A stretch of DNA of 61,593 nt, counting the filler, from Aduncisulcus paluster (taxonomy: Eukaryota), in NCBI GenBank assembly GCA_024181965.1. It is 6 parts of 6 records of this genome, joined end to end, with 100 filler letters (N's around TTAATTAATTAA, not from the genome) between each part and the next. Parts side by side here need not be neighbours in the genome. Positions count along the whole stretch, not along the records: positions 36,327 to 46,959 come from BQXS01010844.1; 5 more parts are not named here. One strand, written 5' to 3'. The notes below the pieces were generated by a model. That model was given only the letters and a program-made list of their open reading frames with translations, ran no database searches and was not told the origin of the DNA. The position numbers and the translations under genes were made by a program. Below, piece after piece: positions 36,327-47,059 of this stretch; positions within the stretch are counted from its first letter, which is position 1; each line of letters opens with the position of its first letter.

Positions 36327-39300
36327 AGGAATATGAGACAACACCAGAGGTACCACCGAGCTTACCATCAATGGACGTTCCAACATTGGTACCACAAATA
36401 AGATTCTCAGTTAGGTCCAGAGAAGTCAGCGTGCCACTCAATATATAGAGCGGGGAGGGATCGGAAATGGCATTGTTGGAAAGACTCAAGATCTCAAGCG
36501 CCGAATGGTTGCGGAGTTCGTATACACTGGTCCAACTATTATTGTCAGCATAGAGCTCAACAAGGGCAGTATTCGTGGAAAGGAAGGATGGAGAAGGGAG
36601 ATTCGTACCATTAATACTCAGCGATGATAAATAGGTGAAGCTCGAAAGAATGTCAGATGCGGCAGTACTAAGGTCGCAACCGTCAAGGAGGAGGGTTGTG
36701 AGCGACGATGACTGAGAGGAAATCGGTACTAAAGTCGTTATCCCAGTGTCAGAGATATTCAGGGTGCTGAGGGTCGCTGGAGAATTAGATATAAGCGGAA
36801 GGCTAGTAATCATGCTCCACCCAGATATATCCAACGAAGTGAGGCTTGTCAGGGCTGAGAAGCCAGAAAGGTCGACAGTGGATGAATTTCCAGCACTGCT
36901 CGAGATATTTAGATATTCTAAAGATGTTATTGTTGCAAAAGATAAAGTGGAGGCTTCTGATAATTGAGAATCAGAAGCGTCAAGGTATGTGAGTGGGAGA
37001 TTCGAGAGCGAAGTTGCATCAACGATGCTAGAATTATTGATTTTTAACATAGAAAGGGAAGAAAGATCAGATAAGGTTGAAATATTAGTTAATGATCCAC
37101 AATTTCCAAGATCAAGAACTTCAAGATAATATAATAAAGATATTGGAGTGATGTCAAGCAAAGATGAACTTCCTTGTAATGATAGTGTGGTTAAGCTCTG
37201 GATATGGTCAACTCCACTCAAATTAGCCAATGAAGCATCATCCTCGTATTGTAACGTTGTGATATTTGATAGATGAAGGGTTGCTACACTCAAAAGAGGT
37301 GGAGTTACACTTGAATCCATGTCTCTCTCATCAATAGACTGTAAGGCAATCAATTCACGAATGTCAGAATTCGAGATTACATTTACACATTGGGCTGAAT
37401 TAGAAGCGTTTAAGCGACATTCATACCCATATTCACATCCACCGTAACATGAATCAACTGTGGTTTCACATGAGAAAGAACCAGAACTATATGAATAATA
37501 TGAATCACTTGAACACTCAACGGACCATCTGTTTGATCCTGGGGCTGTCTCAGTGCAAATCTTATTCACACTGAGTGCAGAGACAGAAGCGATCGATGAA
37601 CAAGAACACTCGGTATCAGCTTTGAATGAGAATCCTACCATTATCCCTCCCATTTCTGAACTGATACTACTTGCAACATCAGTTCCGCATATTAATGTAT
37701 TGTATAATTTGAGAACAACGAGATCTGACAGTACATACAAAGGAGATGGATCAACAATCGAAGTTCCAGATGCGTCAAATAGCATCAAAGAATCGAGAAT
37801 ATCGAGTGAAAGGAGATGATGACTGTATATTTGACTATTATCATTTATATATAAATTCAACAAAGAGTATTTTGAGTTCGAGAGATCTGGAAGAGACGAA
37901 AGATTACAATTTTTAATACTAAGGCTCACCAGAGAGGAAAAGGTGGGTAAGATCGAGTTAATAGAAGATGGTGATATCGAGTTGTCATCAATATTAAGTT
38001 TTACCATTGAAGAGGCCGAAGGAGTGAGGGAGGATAAGTCGGTCAACCCGGTATTTGAAAGCGAAAAAATTTTGAATGTGAATGAAGAAAATCCCGAAAA
38101 ATCAGAAATAGAACAATTATTGATATTCAAACTTTGGAGATTTGTTACAATTGTTGAATTGAGATCAAAAGAGACAGAAGGATTTGAGAAATTAGTGTCG
38201 CTCAAATCCAAAGTTGAAAGAGACGTATATAACGGGAGAAATGTGGATAAAAAGGAAGAGTTCAGACGACATCCAGAAATCAATAGAGATGTGAGACTTG
38301 TGTAAAGGGAGGGCAATATTATTTCGGAAACCGACGAGGAATTCAGGTTCAAACTTGTGAGCGATATCATGGAATCCAACTCGCTGACATCAGATATATA
38401 AGAATTATCCGAAAGATCTAATGAGGTGACATTGACCAAGAATGCCAAACCTTTTAGATCGGATATATTGCGATCTGAGAGATCAATAGATCCAGAAATG
38501 GATGCCATCTGGGATTCAGATAACTGACAATCAGATGAGTCACCAATTTCATCACAAAGTGCCTCTCGAAGATTATCATCGTTAATCTTGACATAATCAC
38601 AAGAAATACCCTCATAATCAGCCATACACGTACATTGATGAGTGTTTACATCACATGATACCCCTCTACCTGCCGAAATAGAACACAAGTCATCAGAACC
38701 ATCGATGGAAACGGGGCATTCCTTATTACAAGCAACACCAAACCAGTCATATTCTGACGAACATACACATTCAGGGCCACTTGCATCCGCCATTTCGACA
38801 CAAGATCCGTTTTCACAGTTGGAACAGATTGAAGAGACGACACATCCAGATGAAGAACTCATATATGATCCTTGAGAGCATCCACACGCCCACGAACTAT
38901 CTGACATCTCTGTGCATATGGAATCTGTGATTGAAGAACAATCTTCGGAACATAATGAGGTCGAACAATCCGAGGAACCATAGGAGTAATCACACTCACA
39001 CTCATCAGGAGCAATACACGATCCACGGGTTGAATCACATGAAGTGCATTGCGGTTCGCATGATGATCCATCAGCTGAGAGAATATATGCATCAGAACCA
39101 TTGGAAATTGTCTCAGAAGGACACAAAAGGTAAGTGTATTCAAGAATGAGGGACATATATAAAATCTGAGCACTTGTATCCGATGAGGCGTTGGTACATG
39201 TAATTGTAACAGTTATTTCATTATAATCGCTTGGAGTTGTGGAGAGGGCAATAGTTTCACCGGCAACAACTTGGTCACCAGTTGAAATTGTTGAATAATT

Positions 39301-39600
39301 TGTAATATCACTTGAATGAGAGGAAGGATAATCAAAATAGATATTTAATACCACAGATTCAGCGGATTCAATGTCATAATATGAATTAGAAAGGTAAGCT
39401 GAGGATATAGATTCAATATTCGTTGGGATGTCAGAAAAAACATGAGAAATTTCAGTGGGAGAATCTGTACAAACTAGTAATTTTGCATATGGTATTGCAG
39501 TATATATATTTGTATAAGACTTCGGAGATATAGCGGAGGATAAACTTAGAAGACTTATAAGTATAATAAAAACGGATAAAATCCATGTTATTGAGTTCAT
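36327..39600 (-). CDS. Secreted/surface protein with alternating EGF-like Cys-rich modules and internalin-like LRR blocks; 3'-partial
   Basis: Signal peptide MNSITWILSVFIILISLLSLSSA, EGF-like Cys clusters, many LxxLxLxxN repeats, and a repeated DPSPLYxLS..L..N.ICGT cap. Confidence 0.88.
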
Positions 39601-40104
39601 TACTCAATAATTATCCCTTTTTAAATCAAAAATTCTTTGTTTAGAGATTATATGATCGAGAAAAGCTCATTTTCATTTTTGTTCGAAACTGATTGGTTTT
39701 TTCTTTCCTTATATGTTATTTTTTTCAACACCAATTTTTGAATAATTCTTAAATTTATATTTATTATTTTCCCAGTATAGTACAGTAAGTTTCGAAAATA
39801 CTAGTATAGTACAGTATACTGGCCGGATCGAGAGTCTCGAAGAAAAAATGAAAAATAATTGTACATTTTTTCTGACCTTTATATCTTTTCCCGGGATATG
39901 ATTTTGATTGGAATGGCGATTAATGTAAATAGAAAATGAGGGAAAAAAAACTCGAAAAAACTGGGGGGTGATATCACCGAAATAATATATTCATTGCAGA
40001 AACCCCTTATTATTCTTTCGATTTTATATTCAACAATAATAAAAACTAAAGATATAAATTGTATATTTGTTAAAATTGATAAACTGAAAAAAGGATTAAG
40101 TTAA

Positions 40105-40875
40105 CTATGATTCTTCTTCATCCTTTTGTGGAGCAATTCCGCTGGACTCGCCAGGAATTATTGCGGTTTCTCCATTTTCAGCCAGACTATCTTGTTTCTT
40201 CAATTCTTTCATTGCCTTTGTTTGGCGTTTCTTTTCCTCCTTATCAGCCTTTTCTTTCTCCCACTCTTGTTGCAAAAGGACAGCTTCATCCATGATTCCA
40301 ATCATCCCTGTGTTACGGGCAGCTTTCATGATATCAGATGCATTGATGGTCGTATGCTTATCGCCACGAACTTGATGAGCAAGATGTGTAAGATATGCAA
40401 CAAACACAGATGTTGATTTGTGGATGGCAGAAGTGGCATCTCTGGCAAATAGTTTGGCACCACTGGCTTTCATAAAACGGGAGGCACTTGCTTTGGGATA
40501 ATCATAATCATCAGGAGTTAAAAAAAGAGAAGAATGAGGGGTTGAATCAACAGTTCCAGCTTCAGCATTCTTGGCTCTACGAGATGCTCGTTTACCAGAA
40601 GACATTCCTTTTCCTGCAATGGCTCGCTTTTTCACAGTGGTGCGTGTCTTTGTCTTTGTTGTAGACTCTTTAGAAGAGGAAATATCTTTCTCCGCAGTTT
40701 CAGAGATCTGATTCGATGTCTGAGGTCGTTTTATAGGATTAAATAATAATTAAATTGAATTTAGGGGTGGAATATAAAAGAATAATATCAGTGGAGGCTC
40801 AAAATCATGAAAATAACATAAAAACAGACATACATCGTGTTCCACCAAGGATTCTGAAGTTTTATCGGGTTCCAT
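40105..40875 (-). CDS. POLE3: Histone-fold protein, POLE3/Dpb4/CHRAC17-like; two exons (40875-40834, 40719-40105)
   Basis: DYDYPKASASRFMK...ARDATSAIHKSTSVFVAYLT...TINASDIMKAA is an NF-YB/Dpb4-type fold. A phase-0 intron GTATGT...CTCAG (40833-40720) joins MEPDKTSESLVEHD to the ATG-less upstream part of the frame. Confidence 0.75.
40720..40833 (-). other. Predicted 114-nt spliceosomal intron
   Basis: 5' GTATGT, AT-rich body with in-frame stop, 3' CAG; splicing restores an ATG-initiated continuous frame. Confidence 0.75.
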
Positions 40876-41187
40876 TATTATATGTTATAGTTAGGATAAT
40901 ATTATTGATTTTAAAAAAATCGAAAAAAACTCTTTGCAACCCAGAATGTCGATTAATAATAAAAAAATGTATAATGAATCAAATGGGATTCTTATTTGTG
41001 CAAGAACAATAAAAATTAATAAAGTTCAACATTCCTATGCAATATTGCACTTTAACCAGTCCCTTTCAGTTCCATTACGAAATGACACTTTTCGCAACAT
41101 TACGGGTTGGATATTTCTATTAAAATTCCCCCCATAATACAATACGATATTATATTTTTAATATTGTCCTTTTAATTACATCATATT

Positions 41188-44100
41188 ATGATTTCTAACA
41201 GTCATTTCCATATCTCTTTAAAGTCAGCCACTGCAGATGTTCCTGTTTATGCGTCTAGTTTATCAACAAGCTCTTCAAAGTTATATGTTGGAATTAAGAA
41301 AAAAATTGTCATTCTAAATTCAAAAAATGGAAGTATTATTTCGAAAATTCCCACAATTCATCCTACAATCAATTCCATATCTTTAAGACCTGTTTCCACT
41401 TCTTCTGCATCTATTCAAGAAGATGATAGGTACTATGCCACTTGTGGAACAGACAATAATGTTATATTATGGAAATCTGAAGGTCCAGTTACTAAATATC
41501 GTCATTCCTCTCCTATTTCCATTGTTAAGTTTTCTCCTGATGGGACAAGGCTTGTTTCTGGAGCTAAAGTTGATATTGGCATCCTTGATATGCACCATAT
41601 GGATGAGGTTGTTAAAAAGAAAGTTCCTAGTAAGGTTTTATGCATTGAATGGTCCTTTGATGGTGAATTTTTCGCTGTTGGGCATGAAAGCGGAATTGTC
41701 AGTATTAGAGATATTGAAGGATTGGAAAAAACAAAAATTCAAAGGCCTGGTCCTGTATTTGCGCTCTTATTCGTCAAGACTGATGGATTGGTGCGTCTTA
41801 TTGTTGCTGGATGGGATGGTTATCTATGTATTTATGCACTCGATGGAACATTAATTTCTCAAACCCCCATATGTGTTCCCGGTCTTCTACCTCTCGTGTT
41901 GAAGCATGACAAGTATCATGGAACGTTAATGATTGCCGGAACAAAAGGAAACACAATAGCCATGCACACACTTGATGGTAAAGCTCTCTGTTCCTCTGTT
42001 TTGAAAGGCATTGAAGAGGGTGCTTGGATTTGGACCATGCAAGTCAAAGTGATCGAAGAAGGAGTCCGTGTGTTCACAACTACTGATCGTTCATCGATAT
42101 CATCTCACACTCTGCTCTCCCCGCTTCTCTCTTCGACCTTTAAGAACAACACCATTGTTCGATGCGGTCTGTCCGAGCTATATCTGTTATCAAACGGATT
42201 GGGTGGTTCTTGCGATGTTGGATCGTTGATTAAGCATGTGAACGTGTGTGATAGACATGTCACTGTCCTGACTAATGAGAATATCTCACTCTACGAGATA
42301 GTTCCAAATAGCAGCGGGAAGATAGATTTCAGAGAGTTGGCAAAGAGTGCGCTGAAGGAATATTTCCAGGATCCAAGTGCTTGTTCCCACGTTGGTGTCT
42401 GTGACGACAGTGTATTCGTTGCTGCTGGGAACAATCTGCATCTCTTTACTCTGAGCCTTCATATGTCACCCAGTGTGTGGCGTTTCATGTCCCCAATTGT
42501 CGGTATCAGGGCTATTCATGGTTCCAGCAGTAATATGTGTGTTTATTGTGCCACAAAGAGTGGTGAGATTTTCAGTTGTTCCGACTCTCTTCCCTCTTTG
42601 TTCGTGAAGCATCCTCATTCTCCTACACACATGCATTCCAGTGTCTACAATACCCATCTCTCTGTTTGCGATGGGACTCATTCTTGCTCCGTATATTCCT
42701 TTGAGAATGGGGAGAAAGAATTTTCCCTTTCGCACGTTGAACGTGCTTTCTTCCATAACATCATTGATGACATTTTAATCACACAATGTGGTTACGATGT
42801 GTCTGTATGCGTCGGGGGTGTCACTGTTCTCAAGCAAATCCTCAAAGGAACTCTCATTGGGGTGGATGGAAACAAGTTAATTTATATAAAATCGAACAAT
42901 TCCAAGCCTTTGTTCTCTTCTTTATCCTTCTCCACTGTTGTTGATCACTATATTGGACTCAATAAGCTCAAACAGGCGTATAAATGTGCCTGTGTTGGAG
43001 TTTCCTCCGTTACATGGCAGATTCTTGGTAAAGCTTGTCTTTTCTCTCGTGCACACATCTCTTTCGCCACATCGATATATGTCCGAATGAGGGACATTCA
43101 CATGATTGAGCTGACCGAGATCATCAAACAAATATACTCAACCAAGAGATCGAACACGAATGAACTCGTTGCAGCTGAAATATTCGCATATAATGGAGAT
43201 TACTATAAGTCTGCATTAAGTTTCATTAAGGGAGGTGAATTGGTCAGGGCTAGTGAGCTTTTGTTCTTCTTGGAGGAAGAGGAAGAGGAGGATATTGTGA
43301 AGAAACTCAAGGAAGTGATGTCGTCACAGTCCTTATCGACACAGTCATCTACTTCATCCCTCACCGAAGGATCGGCCACAACCGTCACTTCGTCGGCCAC
43401 ACTTCTTAATCTGTTGCAGAATCATGCTGCATTCCTTCTATCTGTTGGGGCTAGTGTCAGAGCAAGCAAAGTACACATTAATATTGGAAATATACGCACT
43501 GCCATGGGTATTCTTGTTGATAATGGACTGTATGATAATGTGTTTGAGCTGGCTGATTCTCTTGACCCTCACAGTGAACGGCAAAACATCAAGGAAGCAC
43601 TCAACCTGCTTGTTCAGGGACGTCATGTTGAACAGGCCTGCAAACTATGCATTAAGATTGGAGATATCATGCGTCTTGTGAAACTACGTGTTAGAGAACG
43701 TGATTGGGAAGAAGCTCTCAAGATCGCCACCGCAGAAGAGAAAGAAGGTGATAAAAATATCACTAAATATGTATATTTGTCATATGGTTCTTTCCTTGCC
43801 ATTCAGGATGAGTATGAGGCAGCTAAAGTTTGGTTCGATCGAGCTGGCGAATGTCAGAGATCACACGATGTTTTGAAACAGTTGTGCAGAACTGTAGTCG
43901 AAGAAGGGAGGTTTGAGCAGGCTGCGAAGCATTTCAATTCTATGGCATTATTGTCACTCAAACAATCACAAATGTCTTTGGATCAGCTGTTTCCAGGAGC
44001 CGGTGCCAAACATTTTGCACGTTCCTCCTTGTTATCCGCCTTTGATTTGTCCGTTTTGGGGTGTTATAGTGAAAAACAACGCAAAGAGGCTGCTATTTTG

Positions 44101-45099
44101 AGAGTTAAGAGTGATTTGTATAGTGCGTATAACCATATTCATACTCCAAGTCACTTGAATATTCTCGAATGTTGCCTGTTTATTATTCGTTTGTGCAGCT
44201 CTACTATGAGTCCCATCTCGCTGCCTGAGTCCATGAGTTTGTTCGAAGTTCTCTTTGGTGTTTGTACTGCAGGAATTGAAAGAGGTGTGAAGGGCATTGC
44301 CAAACAAGCTCTGAAAAAATTGAGGCACGTTAGTGTTCCTGAGAAATACCGTGGAACTATTGAGTTGATGTTGTGTTCTCTCACACTTTCATCCTCGAGT
44401 GATGAAGATATATGTCTGTGTCCGGTGTGTAATAGCAAATTGGCTTTCTACATTGATGGGAGAAGAGCTTCGTCGAGTGGATATTTGGGGCTTACTTCAG
44501 GTCGCAGTGGAGAGGTTCCTGATCCTTCCTCTTTTGTTAACTCGTCCTTCCCTTTCTCACATGATCAGTGCTCTGTGTGTGGACATAACATTGTAAGGAG
44601 TGCAGTATCTTTCTCTCCTCTTCCTTTGTGTGAGATTCAACCACCAAGGAGTCTACTCATGAACAAAGAAAAGCTTCTCCATATGCTCCAGGCAGCACCA
44701 GCAATCGCCATTACTGGGCCCTCTGCTTCCTCTGAGTTTGGAACTGGGGCATCAGACAGACTGAGGCGTGAGAAAACATTTGCTGCTTCCGATGATGACC
44801 AGTTCCAGGGAGTTCATGAGGATGTTGTCACTTTAATTGAGCGAAGCATGGAGCGGAGAGATAGTGTTGTTGCTGTTAGTGAGGAGAATGTTCTTCAGAT
44901 GAGACCTTGTGATGTGTTCGCCTATTCCACTGTCAAAGATGGCGAGATTACTCTCTCTTTCTTCCACAAAACTGACACTTCTGTTCCTATAACTCAATGT
45001 ATGGAATGTGGAAGATTATTTACTCAAGAAGAATATGACTCCGTTGTTGCGTGCACTGGAGTTTGTCCCGTGTGCAAGTCTGAAAATGTTGAGGTTTGA
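41188..45099 (+). CDS. IFT122: Intraflagellar transport protein IFT122 (IFT-A)
   Basis: N-terminal WD40s (KYRHSSPISIVKFSP, IEWSFDGEFFAVG..GIVSIRD), AYKCACVGV..WQILG, AEIFAYNG, TPR-like middle region, C-terminal Cys ribbons (RSAVSFSPLPLCEI; CMEC...CPVC). Confidence 0.88.
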   Translation: MISNSHFHISLKSATADVPVYASSLSTSSSKLYVGIKKKIVILNSKNGSIISKIPTIHPTINSISLRPVSTSSASIQEDDRYYATCGTDNNVILWKSEGPVTKYRHSSPISIVKFSPDGTRLVSGAKVDIGILDMHHMDEVVKKKVPSKVLCIEWSFDGEFFAVGHESGIVSIRDIEGLEKTKIQRPGPVFALLFVKTDGLVRLIVAGWDGYLCIYALDGTLISQTPICVPGLLPLVLKHDKYHGTLMIAGTKGNTIAMHTLDGKALCSSVLKGIEEGAWIWTMQVKVIEEGVRVFTTTDRSSISSHTLLSPLLSSTFKNNTIVRCGLSELYLLSNGLGGSCDVGSLIKHVNVCDRHVTVLTNENISLYEIVPNSSGKIDFRELAKSALKEYFQDPSACSHVGVCDDSVFVAAGNNLHLFTLSLHMSPSVWRFMSPIVGIRAIHGSSSNMCVYCATKSGEIFSCSDSLPSLFVKHPHSPTHMHSSVYNTHLSVCDGTHSCSVYSFENGEKEFSLSHVERAFFHNIIDDILITQCGYDVSVCVGGVTVLKQILKGTLIGVDGNKLIYIKSNNSKPLFSSLSFSTVVDHYIGLNKLKQAYKCACVGVSSVTWQILGKACLFSRAHISFATSIYVRMRDIHMIELTEIIKQIYSTKRSNTNELVAAEIFAYNGDYYKSALSFIKGGELVRASELLFFLEEEEEEDIVKKLKEVMSSQSLSTQSSTSSLTEGSATTVTSSATLLNLLQNHAAFLLSVGASVRASKVHINIGNIRTAMGILVDNGLYDNVFELADSLDPHSERQNIKEALNLLVQGRHVEQACKLCIKIGDIMRLVKLRVRERDWEEALKIATAEEKEGDKNITKYVYLSYGSFLAIQDEYEAAKVWFDRAGECQRSHDVLKQLCRTVVEEGRFEQAAKHFNSMALLSLKQSQMSLDQLFPGAGAKHFARSSLLSAFDLSVLGCYSEKQRKEAAILRVKSDLYSAYNHIHTPSHLNILECCLFIIRLCSSTMSPISLPESMSLFEVLFGVCTAGIERGVKGIAKQALKKLRHVSVPEKYRGTIELMLCSLTLSSSSDEDICLCPVCNSKLAFYIDGRRASSSGYLGLTSGRSGEVPDPSSFVNSSFPFSHDQCSVCGHNIVRSAVSFSPLPLCEIQPPRSLLMNKEKLLHMLQAAPAIAITGPSASSEFGTGASDRLRREKTFAASDDDQFQGVHEDVVTLIERSMERRDSVVAVSEENVLQMRPCDVFAYSTVKDGEITLSFFHKTDTSVPITQCMECGRLFTQEEYDSVVACTGVCPVCKSENVEV

Positions 45100-45164
45100 T
45101 ATTATCATTTCTGATCAAAATCCGATCTATAAAAAGGATACGGACATTGTTCCGAACAACGTTC

Positions 45165-45818
45165 GTGTTTTTGGAGGAATTTGAAGCAGAGGTTCTATTC
45201 TAAGTTTTCCTCTGCCGAGAATTGTGTCCTTCAATAAGTAAACTGTCATATTACCTTCTTTGTTGTCCCTCTATCACTTTTCTGAAGTGCTCTGTTCGTC
45301 ACACACACACACAATATATATGAGTCAGATTCTACTTTGATGTTGATCTAGCAAATCGTTTAAAGTTGTCAAAAGTTATTTTTTGGATATCCTCAATTGG
45401 TTTTCCATAAACAATGGATAAATATTCAATAACTCGTGCAAGAGCTTGAGCTCTGGTCATATCCCAATGTTTGCTCTCTCCNNNNNNNNNNNNNNNNNNN
45501 NGTGTTTTTGGAGGAATTTGAAGCAGAGGTTCTATTCTAAGTTTTCCTCTGCCGAGAATTGTGTCCTTCAATAAGTAAACTGTCATATTACCTTCTTTTT
45601 TGTCCCTCTATCACTTTTCTGAAGTGCTCTGTTCGTCACACACACACACAATATATATGAGTCAGATTCTACTTTGATGTTGATCTAGCAAATCGTTTAA
45701 AGTTGTCAAAAGTTATTTTTTGGATATCCTCAATTGGTTTTCCATAAACAATGGATAAATATTCAATAACTCGTGCAAGAGCTTGAGCTCTGGTCATATC
45801 CCAATGTTTGCTCTCTCC
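45165..45818. repeat. ~317-bp direct duplication flanking a 20-N gap (assembly overlap; one visible SNP)
   Basis: 45165-45481 is repeated at 45502-45818 and creates a spurious second TatD 3' end; CTTCTTTGTTG vs CTTCTTTTTTG. Confidence 0.88.
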
Positions 45819-46415
45819 CTCCTCCCAATCAGTCTCAATTAGAACTTTATCAATAGGAACAACTCGCAACATTTTCTTTGTTTTTGTTCCACATTGGATA
45901 ATGCTTCGAATCCCGACACCAATAAATATATTGTCGGACAATCGCAAGAATCGTTCAGCCTCAGAAAAATGAACACAGAGGGAGTGCATAGCGGTCGGCG
46001 GAAGCGACTTTGAATATTTCTTTAGAACAGCGACACATCTATCAGATGTTTTAACACAATGAATACTCATTGGTAGACTATTTCGAACAGCAAGAGACAC
46101 AAAAGCATCGAAAAATAGTTCTTGGCGAGATAATGTTGCTATTCCCCGTCTAACTGAATCCATTCCAATCTCTCCAATGCCATCTATTCTTCCTGTATCA
46201 ATGGCCCGTTGACATTTGGACAGAATATTTTCAAGGATCATACTGTCTTGAATAAACCATGGATGGATTCCACAAAAGACATAACTTCTTCCAATATCAT
46301 CTTTTAACTCAAAATGATCATCAATACTTTCTAAATTTTCATCACAACATACAGAAAAAGCAATACCATCCTCAGCATGGATTGAAAGATGTGAATGAGA
46401 ATCTGTTATAATCAT
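45669..46415 (-). CDS. tatD: TatD-family DNase
   Basis: DSHSHL, GIHPW, GIGEIGMD, LPMSIHCV, VLIETD motifs. Confidence 0.93.
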   Translation of the reverse strand: MIITDSHSHLSIHAEDGIAFSVCCDENLESIDDHFELKDDIGRSYVFCGIHPWFIQDSMILENILSKCQRAIDTGRIDGIGEIGMDSVRRGIATLSRQELFFDAFVSLAVRNSLPMSIHCVKTSDRCVAVLKKYSKSLPPTAMHSLCVHFSEAERFLRLSDNIFIGVGIRSIIQCGTKTKKMLRVVPIDKVLIETDWEEGESKHWDMTRAQALARVIEYLSIVYGKPIEDIQKITFDNFKRFARSTSK

Positions 46416-46660
46416 AAAAATATATTGTATATTATTTCAAAAAATCAGAAAAAGTTTTATGATTAATGCTATCCAAAACCAAGATATGAATGATTTTATT
46501 GTCCAGCAAATCACAAAACAAATCTGATTTATTTATAAAAACTGAATGACATTTAAAATTTCTTCCTCACTCGTACTCTAATACCAAATTAGGTGTTAGT
46601 AACACATGACATGGCTTTGGGTCGTTATGGGTCTTCATTGGAGAGATGTTAGGTAAGAAT

Positions 46661-46959
46661 CTACAAGATATCTCGTCTCTTCTTCAGTTTTGGCACATTC
46701 ATCTTGCTTCCTTCGATTTTAATTGAAATCTGATTCTTCATCACAGGCATGTCTGCACAAATTAGAGTCCATCCACCGATTCTTTTCTTTCGTTTAGCAC
46801 CCATTTCTGTGTCAATGACAACCGAGATTAATTCAGAACACATTTGCTCTGTTAACCTTGTACTCACCTCGGTACTATGTTCTAGAGTTGGAGAAGTGTT
46901 TACCTCGATCACGAATGGCTGATAATTATCTGTTAGCATGAAATCAAACCCAAGAAGCT
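46661..46959 (-). CDS. Tubulin-tyrosine-ligase-like (TTLL) C-terminal fragment, possibly TTLL3/8 glycylase-type
   Basis: LLGFDFMLTDNYQPFVIEVNTSPTLEHSTEVSTRL; 5' truncated by the contig edge. Confidence 0.85.
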
Positions 46960-47059
46960 NNNNNNNNNNNNNNNNNNNNNNNNNNNNNNNNNNNNNNNNN
47001 NNNTTAATTAATTAANNNNNNNNNNNNNNNNNNNNNNNNNNNNNNNNNNNNNNNNNNNN
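46960..47059. other. Artificial contig linker
   Basis: N-TTAATTAATTAA-N cassette. Confidence 0.97.

Noticed and set aside
45332-45586. Second TatD C-terminus / chimeric 84-aa ORF
   Set aside because: It is produced by the gap-flanking duplication.
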